24,000 nt of DNA from Pleomorphomonas sp. NRK KF1. Its GTDB lineage: Bacteria > Pseudomonadota > Alphaproteobacteria > Rhizobiales > Pleomorphomonadaceae. The stretch spans positions 804,747 to 828,746 of the forward strand of contig NZ_JAMDLH010000002.1 of assembly GCF_023721755.1 (NCBI RefSeq), given 5' to 3'. The notes beneath the pieces are model-generated. The model was not told the origin of the DNA. It saw only the letters and a program-made list of their open reading frames with translations, and ran no database searches. The position numbers and the translations under genes are program-made. The stretch's first letter is position 1, and every line of letters starts with the position of its first letter. Shown piece after piece: positions 15,993 to 23,975 of this stretch.

Positions 15993-16250
15993 TCACTCTT
16001 TGCCGGACTCGTCCGGCTTGTTGTCGTCAGGCCGAGCCGCGGCAAGCCCGGCACGCTGATCCGCCTCGCCGGCGCGGCGGCCACGGGCCTGCGCCTTGCG
16101 CTTCAGGAGGTTCTCGCGCAGCGCCTCGGCCAGACGCCGATCTCGTTCCGCCTTGGCGTCGCGTCCAGCGCCGCCTTTTGCCTTATCATCATCACCCGCC
16201 ATGATGCCGCGCCGTCCTTTTGCGGCCTTCCTTGCGATCCTTTTCGCCAC
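15993..16250 (-). CDS. Small Arg/Lys/Ala-rich hypothetical protein (start uncertain: GTG 16250 or ATG 16202)
   Basis: This 69-85-aa ORF sits directly upstream of murA on the same strand. Third-position GC is high in this frame. The sequence ...AERDRRLAEALRENLLKRKAQARGRRAGE... is strongly basic and predicted helical. I recognise no family with confidence. Confidence 0.4.
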   Translation of the reverse strand: MAKRIARKAAKGRRGIMAGDDDKAKGGAGRDAKAERDRRLAEALRENLLKRKAQARGRRAGEADQRAGLAAARPDDNKPDESGKE

Positions 16251-16314
16251 CTTTCAAGGGATTTCATCGGCAAAGCCGGCTTTTCCCCGCGAGTGGGCAT
16301 ACCAAGGGCCGGAC

Positions 16315-16338
16315 GAAAGCCTTTTCCCGGCGGCTTTC
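16315..16338 (-). terminator. Hairpin downstream of the LacI-family gene
   Basis: GAAAGCC-(10 nt)-GGCTTTC has a 7-bp stem and lies 54 nt past the lacI-family stop on the minus strand. There is no good U-tract. Confidence 0.25.
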
Positions 16339-16391
16339 TCTTCCATGAGTTGCACGGTGGGCGGAACTATGGCGAAAGACCTGCCGAGCGA

Positions 16392-17417
16392 TCAGGGATG
16401 GGCCGCCGGAATGGATCCGCGAGAAACCGCCGACATCGGGACCAGATGCTCCCCGGCGGCCAGCGGCCCGTTAAGCAGCAGCTCAACGGCGAGCTGACCC
16501 ATTTTCTGATGCGGCAAAGCGATGGTCGTCAGGCCCGGGCGCAGATAGGACGCCAGTTCGTCGTTGTCGAAGGAGACCAGCGCCACGTCGCCGGGAATGG
16601 ACAGGCGCGCCTCGCCCAGGGCCTGATAGGCGCCGAAGGCCAGACGGTCGTTGAGACAGAGAAGCCCCCTGGGACGATCCTTCCTGAGAAGCCGGCGGAC
16701 GAGATCGTAGCCGTTGGACACTTCCCAATCCCACGAACTCAGCTCGGCGGCGAAAGCCATCCCTCTGGCGGACATCTCGGAACGAATGCCGGCAAGGCGC
16801 CGCGAGATGGTTTCGGAGCGGAACTGACCGCGCTCCTCGTCGGGATTGTGTCCGACCAGAACGAGGCGATCGGTAATGCCCGCCTCGGCAAGGAGCCGGA
16901 CGGCGCTCCGCCCGCCCTCGAACTCGTCCGGCAGCACAGAGGTCGGAAAGCGCGCATTGGTGCCGTTCAGCATGACCGTCGGCACCGAGATGGCGATATC
17001 CGGAAGGAACACCTCGCGGGCCCGCATGGCGGCCAGAATCACCCCGTCGACCTGACGGTCCAGCGCCGCCTCGATGGCGCGCAGCGTCCGGGCCGGCTCG
17101 CCGCCGGTTTCCAGCACCAGCAAGACGTTCCTGGCCGCATCGGCAGCCGCGAGGGCGCCGCGAATGAGGCCGCTCGCAAAACGCGTCGTCGCGACATAGT
17201 CCGAAATGAAGGCGATCGACCGCGACTGGTCGGTCCGGAGGGCACGGGCCGCCACGTTCGGGCGGTAACCGAGTTCCGCCGCCGCGGCATGGACCTTGGC
17301 GTGCGCTTCGGCGGAAAGACGGGTGTCCGGCCGCCCCGTGAGAATCATCGACGCAGCCGTCGGCGACAGCCCGGCAAGGCGAGCCACGTCGGCCAGGGTG
17401 ACCCGCTTCTTCTGCAA
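16392..17417 (-). CDS. LacI family transcriptional regulator
   Basis: The 341-aa product has the N-terminal HTH VTLADVARLAGLSPTAASMILTGR...KVHAAAAELGYRPNVAARALRT. The remainder resembles a periplasmic-binding-protein-like sugar-binding core. Confidence 0.93.
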   Translation of the reverse strand: MQKKRVTLADVARLAGLSPTAASMILTGRPDTRLSAEAHAKVHAAAAELGYRPNVAARALRTDQSRSIAFISDYVATTRFASGLIRGALAAADAARNVLLVLETGGEPARTLRAIEAALDRQVDGVILAAMRAREVFLPDIAISVPTVMLNGTNARFPTSVLPDEFEGGRSAVRLLAEAGITDRLVLVGHNPDEERGQFRSETISRRLAGIRSEMSARGMAFAAELSSWDWEVSNGYDLVRRLLRKDRPRGLLCLNDRLAFGAYQALGEARLSIPGDVALVSFDNDELASYLRPGLTTIALPHQKMGQLAVELLLNGPLAAGEHLVPMSAVSRGSIPAAHP

Positions 17418-17517
17418 TCGCTCTCACCTCTCCCGCTGCCGCTTTTTCAGCTCGCTTCCATCCAAGCTGAGATAGCCGGACCTATGACCACTTGACAACT
17501 TTCGCCTGACATTGCAT

Positions 17518-17537
17518 TTGCTAAATGGTTTTAGCAA
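17518..17537. promoter_or_regulatory. Candidate LacI-family operator (8-bp inverted repeat, 4-bp spacer)
   Basis: TTGCTAAA-TGGT-TTTAGCAA has perfect arms. It lies in the divergent lacI/GH32-like intergenic region and ends 6 nt before ATG 17544, overlapping the AAGGAA ribosome-binding site. A TTGACA hexamer lies at 17492-17497. Confidence 0.55.
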
Positions 17538-17543
17538 GGAACT

Positions 17544-18500
17544 ATGGGGCTCGCCATGGTTTTCTGCCCACCACAAAGCTGGGTTTGGGATTTCTGGATC
17601 GCCGATGACGGGGCGGCCTATCATCTCTATTTCCTGAATGCCCCGCGATCGCTCGGCCATCCTGACGCTCGCCATCGGAACGCCCAGATCGGGCACGCCA
17701 TTTCCTGCGACCTCCGGAGATGGACCGATCTCGGTCCGGTGCTGGAGCATGGCGAAGAGGACGCGTTCGACGCCACGGCCGTGTGGACAGGATGCGTGGT
17801 TCGGGACGATGCCGGTCTCTGGCGCATGTTCTACACCGGCTCGCGGTTTCTGTCCGACAAGGGACCGGCCAATGTAGAGACGGTCGGGCTAGCGGTTTCC
17901 GCCGACCTCGACGTCTGGCAGAAGCGCGCCGGCTCGCTGCTATCGGCCGACTGCCGCTGGTACGAGACGCTCGGCTCGTCGGCATGGCCGGAAGAGGCCT
18001 GGCGCGATCCATGGGTGTTCCGAGGCGAGGACGGCAATTGGCACATGCTGGTGACCGCACGGGCCGGGGACGGCGATCCCCTTGACCGCGGTATCGTCGG
18101 CCACGCCGTATCGAGGGACCTCGACCATTGGGTGGCGGCACCGCCGCTATCGCTGCCGGGCAGCGGTTTTGCCCATGTCGAGGTCATCCAGATCGTCGAC
18201 ATCGCGGACCGCAAGCACATGATCTTCAGCTGCGACAGCAGCAAACTGGCCGGACACCGGGCCGGCGGCATGGGCGGCATCTGGACATTGCCACTGGAAT
18301 CGCTCGATCATCTCTGCCTCTCGGAAGCGCGGCTTCTGCTGCCCGAGAACCACTACTCCGGCCGCGTCGCGTTCGACAGGCAGAAGCGGCCGGTCCTCCT
18401 TGCCTGCATCCAACAGGACGGCGACATCGAGGGTCTTTCCGACCCGATGCCTCTCACCACCGATGCGGACGGCTACCTCCTCGTGGAGAACGACCAATGA
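17544..18500 (+). CDS. Glycoside hydrolase clan GH-J (GH32-like) five-bladed beta-propeller protein, putative beta-fructofuranosidase-type enzyme
   Basis: The 318-aa product has FCPPQSWVWDFW (compare GH32 HFxP..WMNDPNG; putative nucleophile Asp16, about nt 17589). It also has WTGCVV (compare WSGSAV), WRDPWVF (RDP motif, about nt 18003) and FAHVEVIQ (candidate acid/base Glu, about nt 18180). No signal peptide is evident. Confidence 0.75.
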   Translation: MGLAMVFCPPQSWVWDFWIADDGAAYHLYFLNAPRSLGHPDARHRNAQIGHAISCDLRRWTDLGPVLEHGEEDAFDATAVWTGCVVRDDAGLWRMFYTGSRFLSDKGPANVETVGLAVSADLDVWQKRAGSLLSADCRWYETLGSSAWPEEAWRDPWVFRGEDGNWHMLVTARAGDGDPLDRGIVGHAVSRDLDHWVAAPPLSLPGSGFAHVEVIQIVDIADRKHMIFSCDSSKLAGHRAGGMGGIWTLPLESLDHLCLSEARLLLPENHYSGRVAFDRQKRPVLLACIQQDGDIEGLSDPMPLTTDADGYLLVENDQ

Positions 18501-19654
18501 TGCCCGTCGTTTCCGGCAGCGTGAAACCCGGCTTCGAACCGCTGGCAGACGCTTTTGCCAGTGGTTTTGCAGGTCGGCCGACCATGGGCGCGGCCCTTTC
18601 GGTCCGGATCGGTGGCGAGACGGTCGTCGATCTCTGGGGCGGCATCGCCGACGAACGCGACGGGCGCGCCTGGACCGGCGATACGCCATCGGTCGTGTTT
18701 TCCTGCACGAAGGGACTGCTGTCGATCCTGTCGGCGCGCCTCGTGCAGGAGGGACGCCTTGCCTACGACGCACCGGTGAGCCGCTACTGGCCCGAGTTCG
18801 CCGCGGCCGGCAAGGCGGTCGTCACCGTCGGCGAGGCCCTGTCCCACCGGGCCGGCCTGTCGGCGACGCGGGCCGATCTCACCGAGGCCGACATCGTCGA
18901 CTGGGCGCGCATGGCGGAGGCGCTGGCCGCCCAGGAGCCATTATGGCGCCCCGGAACCGGTTACGCCTATCACGCTATCACCCACGGCTGGCTCAACGGC
19001 GAGGTCATCCGGCGGGTGACCGGCCAAAGCGTCGGCCGCACTTTTCACGACGTGATTGCCGGCCCGCTCGGCATCGATGCCTGGATCGGCCTGCCCGATG
19101 GCGATGCGGATCGTCCGGCTCACCTGCAAGTCAGCCCGGCGCTGACCGAGTTGTGGGCTACGGAAGCGCTGAAGCCATCGCCCAACTGGCCCTACCGGGC
19201 GATGACGCTGGGCTTGGCGCTACCCGCCGATCTCGTCACCCCTGATGGCGGTTTCAACGCCCGCCGCATCCGGGCGGCGGAAATACCGGGCGCCGGCGGC
19301 ATCGCTTCGGCACGGGCCCTCGCCGCAATCTGGTCGGCGACGGTTGTCTCAACCGGCGGTGTCCGCCTCCTCGACGACGCGACGGTCGCCATCGCGACCG
19401 AGGAGCGTTCCGGCGGTGAGCCGGTGTTTGCCGCCATACCTCCCTACGCGCGCTGGGGAGCCGGCTTCCAGCTCGATTCGGACGCCCGCCGCTACACCGG
19501 CCCGAAATGCTTCGGGCACGATGGCGCCGGCGGTCAGGTCGGTTTTGCCGATCCGGAACGGAGGATCGGTTTTGGCTACGTCACCAACTGGATGATGGGG
19601 CCGGAGGATCAACGGGCGACGGCGATCATCGACGCGCTGCGTCCCTTGGTGTGA
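18497..19654 (+). CDS. Beta-lactamase-fold serine hydrolase (class C / family VIII esterase / aminopeptidase-like)
   Basis: The start was set at ATG 18497, which overlaps the upstream stop as ATGA. The N-terminus is MMPVVSGSVKPGFEPLADAF. The SxxK motif appears as FSCTKG (Ser at about nt 18701). Also present are GYAYHAITHGW and the C-terminal FGHDGAGGQ box in place of KTG. There is no signal peptide. Confidence 0.85.
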   Translation: MMPVVSGSVKPGFEPLADAFASGFAGRPTMGAALSVRIGGETVVDLWGGIADERDGRAWTGDTPSVVFSCTKGLLSILSARLVQEGRLAYDAPVSRYWPEFAAAGKAVVTVGEALSHRAGLSATRADLTEADIVDWARMAEALAAQEPLWRPGTGYAYHAITHGWLNGEVIRRVTGQSVGRTFHDVIAGPLGIDAWIGLPDGDADRPAHLQVSPALTELWATEALKPSPNWPYRAMTLGLALPADLVTPDGGFNARRIRAAEIPGAGGIASARALAAIWSATVVSTGGVRLLDDATVAIATEERSGGEPVFAAIPPYARWGAGFQLDSDARRYTGPKCFGHDGAGGQVGFADPERRIGFGYVTNWMMGPEDQRATAIIDALRPLV

Positions 19655-19756
19655 GGAGGCGGCCGGCGCCGGTGGCTGAGGAGCCGGACGCCCGGATGGA
19701 ACTTGCAGAAGCAGCGGCCTGCCGCCGCTTGCCCCGCGTGTAAGGAGGAGATGATC

Positions 19757-21058
19757 ATGAGAGCCAGGCTTTCCATAAGGCTGTTGTTCGGCGTCGCCCT
19801 TCCGGTGACGCTGCTGTCCGGCGGCGCCGTTGCCGCTCCGAGTTGCGGCACCGATCCCGTGGTGCTCAACGCCTATTTCGAGACGGGCTTCCCGCTGCCG
19901 ACCAAACTGGCGGAAGAATTCACCCGGCAGTTTCCGAACGTCACCTTCGACATCAAGGAGGACCAGTTCGCCAACCTCCTGGAGAACAGCCCGCGCACGC
20001 TGTCGGAGGACGACGCGCCGGATCTCATCCGGTTGCCGACAATGAGCGATCTCGTCGCCAATGATCTCCTCGCCAACCTCGACCCCTATTTCACGGCCTT
20101 CGGCTGGGACAAGTTCCCGCCGTCGCAGCTCGTTCAGTTGCGGGTCGAGCAGGGCGGACGGCCGCGCGGCAGCGGCTCGCTTTACGCCATGGGCATCAAC
20201 TATTCGATGACCGGCGTGTTCTATAACAAGGAGCTTGCCGCCAAGGTCGGCATGACCGAACCGCCGAAGTCCCTGGCCGAACTTGACGCCGCTCTCGCCA
20301 AGGCCAAGGAAGCCGGCGTCCAGCCGATCATGCAATGGAACAAGGCGACCGGCGGTCTCGCCTTCCCGCTGCAGAACCTGATGGGCGCCTATGGCGCGCC
20401 GGAACCGATCAACGACTGGATCTTCCAGAAGGAAGGCGCCAGCATCGACACGCCCGACAACCTCAAGGCGGCCCAGCATCTCGAAGGCTGGATCAAGGCT
20501 GGCTATTTCCCCAAGGACGCCAACGCCATCGAGTATTTCCAGATGATGAGCCGCTTCATCGGCGGCGAGGGTCTTTTCATGTTCAACGGCGACTGGGAAT
20601 CGGGCAACCTCGACAAGCAGGCGGCGGGCAAGTTCGGCTTCTTTCTGATGCCGTCCGTCGAGGCCGGCGGCCGCCATGCCGCCATGTCGGCCCCGCTCAC
20701 CTTCGGCATCGCCGCCAAGGCGGCCCATGCCGATTGCGCCGCCTTCTTCCTCGACTGGGTGGCGACCAACCCCGACGCGCGCAAGATCAACGTTGAAGTC
20801 GGCGGCTCCAACCCCGGCGGTCCGGCCGGCCTGCCGATCCCCGCGGTGACGCCCGGCTCGGTGACCGAGGCGACGCTGGCGGCCGGTCAGGTGCTGGCCA
20901 AGGACAACGGCGCCATGGACTTCATCGCCAACGCGACCGGCGCCATCTTCGCCGCCGCCTGGACGCCCGAACTTCAGAAGATGATCGGCGGACAGCAGAC
21001 GGCTGACGGCCTGCTGAAGGCGGTCCAGAAGGAGTATGAGACCGAACTCTCCCGCTGA
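19757..21058 (+). CDS. ABC transporter substrate-binding protein, carbohydrate (CUT1, solute-binding family 1) type
   Basis: MRARLSIRLLFGVALPVTLLSGGAVAAP is a Sec signal peptide. About 410 aa of mature protein with sugar-SBP character follow. AAGGAGGAG ends 6 nt upstream of ATG 19757. In-frame ATG 19751 and the track start 19703 are less likely. Confidence 0.85.
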   Translation: MRARLSIRLLFGVALPVTLLSGGAVAAPSCGTDPVVLNAYFETGFPLPTKLAEEFTRQFPNVTFDIKEDQFANLLENSPRTLSEDDAPDLIRLPTMSDLVANDLLANLDPYFTAFGWDKFPPSQLVQLRVEQGGRPRGSGSLYAMGINYSMTGVFYNKELAAKVGMTEPPKSLAELDAALAKAKEAGVQPIMQWNKATGGLAFPLQNLMGAYGAPEPINDWIFQKEGASIDTPDNLKAAQHLEGWIKAGYFPKDANAIEYFQMMSRFIGGEGLFMFNGDWESGNLDKQAAGKFGFFLMPSVEAGGRHAAMSAPLTFGIAAKAAHADCAAFFLDWVATNPDARKINVEVGGSNPGGPAGLPIPAVTPGSVTEATLAAGQVLAKDNGAMDFIANATGAIFAAAWTPELQKMIGGQQTADGLLKAVQKEYETELSR

Positions 21059-21094
21059 CGCGGCGGGACAGGAGAGAGACGAGCGGAGCCCGAG

Positions 21095-22027
21095 ATGAAC
21101 GACGGAACACCCTCCGGAGACACCCGGCTGCGGATGTCGCGGCTCTTCCCTGGCGGGAAGAACCAGAAGGCCCGCGCCACGGCCATATTGTTCGTGTTGC
21201 CGGCCTTCACGGCCTATGCCGTGTTCGTTCTGGCGCCGCTCGTCATGTCCCTCTACTACTCGACGCTGCGTTGGGACGGCATCGGCAAGGCCCGGTTCAC
21301 CGGGCTTGCCAACTATGCGACGGTGCTGACCGATCCCGACCTTCTTTCCATCATCGGCAACGCCTTCGAGCTGGTGCTCTATTTCACGGTGATCCCGGTG
21401 CTGCTCGGCCTTGCCGTGGCCTCCGCCATCCGCGGCCACATGGCCGGCACCTTCGGCACGCTGACCCGCACCGTGCTGTTCCTGCCGCAGGTCATTCCGC
21501 TGGTCGCCGCCGGCATCGCCTGGAGCTGGATGTTCGCCTCATCGGGTCTCGTCAACCAGGCGCTGACCGCCGTCGGCCTTGCCGACTGGACGCGCGGCTG
21601 GCTCGGAGATTTCGATTTCGCCCTGCCCGCCGTCGGCATCATCGGCGCCTGGGTGTTGCTCGGCCTCTGCACCATGTTGCTGGTGACCGGAATCACCAAG
21701 ATCGATCCCAGCCTCTACGAAGCGGCGCGGCTCGACGGCGCCAGGCCATGGCACGAGTTCCGCTACGTCACGCTGCCCGGCCTCCGGCAGGAAATCGGCG
21801 TCTGCATCACCGTCACCGTCATCTCGGCGCTGGCCAGTTTCGACATCGTCTACATCGCGACCGGCGGCGGCCCCGGCATCACCACGATGGTGCCCGGTCT
21901 CGAAATCTACCGGCTCGCCTTCGCCCACCGTCAGGTCGGCCTCGCCTCGGCGCTTGCCATCGTTCTGATGGTGCTGGTGCTGATCGCCATCACCCCTGTC
22001 CAGTGGTACGCGCGAGAGAAGAAATGA
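21095..22027 (+). CDS. Carbohydrate ABC transporter permease (MalF/UgpA-like)
   Basis: The 310-aa multi-TM protein has an EAA-loop region LYEAARLDGARPWHEFRYVTLPGL. GGAG lies 7 nt upstream of the ATG. Confidence 0.9.
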   Translation: MNDGTPSGDTRLRMSRLFPGGKNQKARATAILFVLPAFTAYAVFVLAPLVMSLYYSTLRWDGIGKARFTGLANYATVLTDPDLLSIIGNAFELVLYFTVIPVLLGLAVASAIRGHMAGTFGTLTRTVLFLPQVIPLVAAGIAWSWMFASSGLVNQALTAVGLADWTRGWLGDFDFALPAVGIIGAWVLLGLCTMLLVTGITKIDPSLYEAARLDGARPWHEFRYVTLPGLRQEIGVCITVTVISALASFDIVYIATGGGPGITTMVPGLEIYRLAFAHRQVGLASALAIVLMVLVLIAITPVQWYAREKK

Positions 22028-22848
22028 CGGCTGCCCAACCCAAGGCCTGGCTGGCGCGCCTGCTGCTCGCCCTGCTGATAACGGTGACGCTGCTGCCGTT
22101 CCTCAGCATGTTCACGGCGGCGCTCGCGCCCTCCGGCAGTTATCCGAATGGCCTGAGCTGGCCGGACGAGCCGCAGTGGAGCAACTTCGCCAAGGCCTTC
22201 GAGGCCGCCAACATGGGCCAGCTTCTGATATCGAGCACGCTGATCGTGCTCGGCGTCGTGCCTATATCGGTCCTCGCCGCCACCATGGCCGGCTATGGCC
22301 TCGCCAAGCTCACCGGCGGCCGCAACAAATGGATCTACCTGGTGTTCGTCGCCGGCCTGACGCTGCCGTTCGAGGCGGTGATCACCCCGCTCTACTACGA
22401 GGTTCGGGCGTTCGGCCTGCTCAACACCCGATTTGCGATCATCCTGCCGTTGATCGGCCTCTACATGCCGTTCTCGGTCTACTGGATGCGCGCCCACTTC
22501 CTCAACGTGCCCAACGACCTGACCGAGGCGGCGCAGCTCGATGGCGCCACACGCTGGAAGGAATTCTGGCTCGTCCAGGTGCCGCTCGCCCGGCCGGCCA
22601 TCATGTCGCTGACGATCCTGCTGTTCCTGTGGACCTGGAACCAGTTCCTGCTGCCGGTGGTGTTGGTACGGGATCCGAGCCTGCGCACCATGGCCGGCGC
22701 CCTCGGTGCCTTCCAGGGACAGTGGGGCACCGACGTGCCGCTGCTGTGCGCCGGCTCACTGCTCATTTTGACCCCGACGGTCCTCCTGTTCCTGGCCTTC
22801 CAGCGCCATTTCGTCGCGGCGCTCCTGCAGGGCTCGGTCAAGGGATGA
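22024..22848 (+). CDS. Carbohydrate ABC transporter permease (MalG/UgpE-like)
   Basis: MTAAQPKAWLARLLLALLITV... has the EAA loop LTEAAQLDGATRWKEFWLVQVPLARP. Its ATG overlaps the upstream stop as ATGA at 22024-22027. The track ORF 21271-22848 is the same frame read through the preceding gene. Confidence 0.9.
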   Translation: MTAAQPKAWLARLLLALLITVTLLPFLSMFTAALAPSGSYPNGLSWPDEPQWSNFAKAFEAANMGQLLISSTLIVLGVVPISVLAATMAGYGLAKLTGGRNKWIYLVFVAGLTLPFEAVITPLYYEVRAFGLLNTRFAIILPLIGLYMPFSVYWMRAHFLNVPNDLTEAAQLDGATRWKEFWLVQVPLARPAIMSLTILLFLWTWNQFLLPVVLVRDPSLRTMAGALGAFQGQWGTDVPLLCAGSLLILTPTVLLFLAFQRHFVAALLQGSVKG

Positions 22849-22901
22849 GGGCGCGCTTCACACAAGGCGGGCAATAGAATCCCCGCATCGGAGATACATC
22901 C

Positions 22902-23975
22902 ATGGCTGGGCTGAAACTCCAGGACGTGCGCAAGAACTTCGGTGCCGTTGAAGTGATCATGGGCGTGGATCTTGAGGTCGAGCACGGCGAGTTCGTGGTC
23001 TTCGTCGGCCCATCCGGCTGCGGCAAGTCCACGTTGCTCAGGATGGTCGCCGGACTGGAGGAGACGACATCCGGTCGGATCGAGATCGGCGGCCGGCTCG
23101 TCAACGACGTCGAGCCGCGCGACCGTGGCGTCGCCATGGTGTTCCAGTCCTACGCGCTCTACCCGCACATGAGCGTCTACGACAACGTCGGCTTCGGACT
23201 GAAGCTCGCCGGCACCCCCAGGGACGAACGCGACGCCAAGATCCGGGCAGCGGCGCGGGTGCTGCAGATGGAGCATCTGCTCGACCGCAAGCCCGCCCAG
23301 CTCTCGGGCGGCCAGCGGCAGCGCGTCGCCATCGGCCGGGCCATCGTGCGCGAGCCCGACGTGTTCCTGTTCGACGAACCGCTCAGTAACCTCGACGCGG
23401 CCCTGCGCGTCGATATGCGGATGGAGCTCTCGCGCCTGCACACCGACCTCGGCGCCACCATGATCTACGTGACGCACGACCAGGTGGAGGCCATGACGCT
23501 GGCCGACAAGATCGTCGTGCTGCAGGGTGGCATCGTGCAGCAGGTCGGCTCGCCGCTGGAGCTCTACAACCGGCCGGCCAACCTGTTCGTCGCCGGCTTC
23601 ATCGGCTCGCCCAAGATGAACTTCATCGAGGTAACCGTCGACGGCACTACCAACGATGGCGTCCGGGTCGCAAACTCGTTGCTCGCCTCTCCCGCCCTCG
23701 TCGGCCAACGACAAGGCATGGCACCGGGCGACACGCTGACCCTCGGTGTCCGGCCCCATGCGCTTCAGATCGACGACACCGGCCCGATCGGCGGCGTCGC
23801 GACGCTGATCGAGCGCCTCGGCAACGAGACGATCGTCCGCGTTCGTCTCGACGCTGCAACGGAGATCACGGCCGCGCTGACCGGCCAGAGGGAAATCGCA
23901 CTGGGCGAGCCCATCCGCCTCGGCTTCGACCCGGTCGACGCGCATCTCTTTGCCGCCGACGGACGGCGACTGTAG
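22902..23975 (+). CDS. ABC transporter ATP-binding protein (MalK/UgpC-like, with C-terminal regulatory/TOBE-type domain)
   Basis: Walker A is GPSGCGKST, the Q-loop is [10 protein letters not shown], the signature is [14 protein letters not shown], Walker B is [12 protein letters not shown] and the H-loop is YVTHDQ. The C-terminal roughly 120 aa are typical of MalK-family ATPases. Confidence 0.95.
   Translation: MAGLKLQDVRKNFGAVEVIMGVDLEVEHGEFVVFVGPSGCGKSTLLRMVAGLEETTSGRIEIGGRLVNDVEPRDRGVAMVFQSYALYPHMSVYDNVGFGLKLAGTPRDERDAKIRAAARVLQMEHLLDRKPAQLSGGQRQRVAIGRAIVREPDVFLFDEPLSNLDAALRVDMRMELSRLHTDLGATMIYVTHDQVEAMTLADKIVVLQGGIVQQVGSPLELYNRPANLFVAGFIGSPKMNFIEVTVDGTTNDGVRVANSLLASPALVGQRQGMAPGDTLTLGVRPHALQIDDTGPIGGVATLIERLGNETIVRVRLDAATEITAALTGQREIALGEPIRLGFDPVDAHLFAADGRRL

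Noticed and set aside
14724-17495. A 923-aa ORF on the plus strand spanning murA, the small basic ORF and the LacI-family gene.
   Set aside because: It runs antisense to three well-supported genes with clear family motifs. Its translation is low-complexity Gly/Ala/Arg/Asp/His-rich sequence with no recognisable domain. Stop-free antisense frames of this length are expected in high-GC3 coding DNA.
19349-21439. A 696-aa ORF on the minus strand across the serine-hydrolase 3' end, the binding-protein gene and the first permease gene.
   Set aside because: It is an antisense shadow of genes that have strong motif support. The translation is Arg/Gly/Ala/His-rich and lacks any domain signature.
22479-23945. 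A 488-aa minus-strand ORF opposite the second permease 3' end and the ABC ATPase gene.
   Set aside because: It is antisense to a gene with complete Walker A, Q-loop, signature, Walker B and H-loop motifs. It is a shadow ORF.
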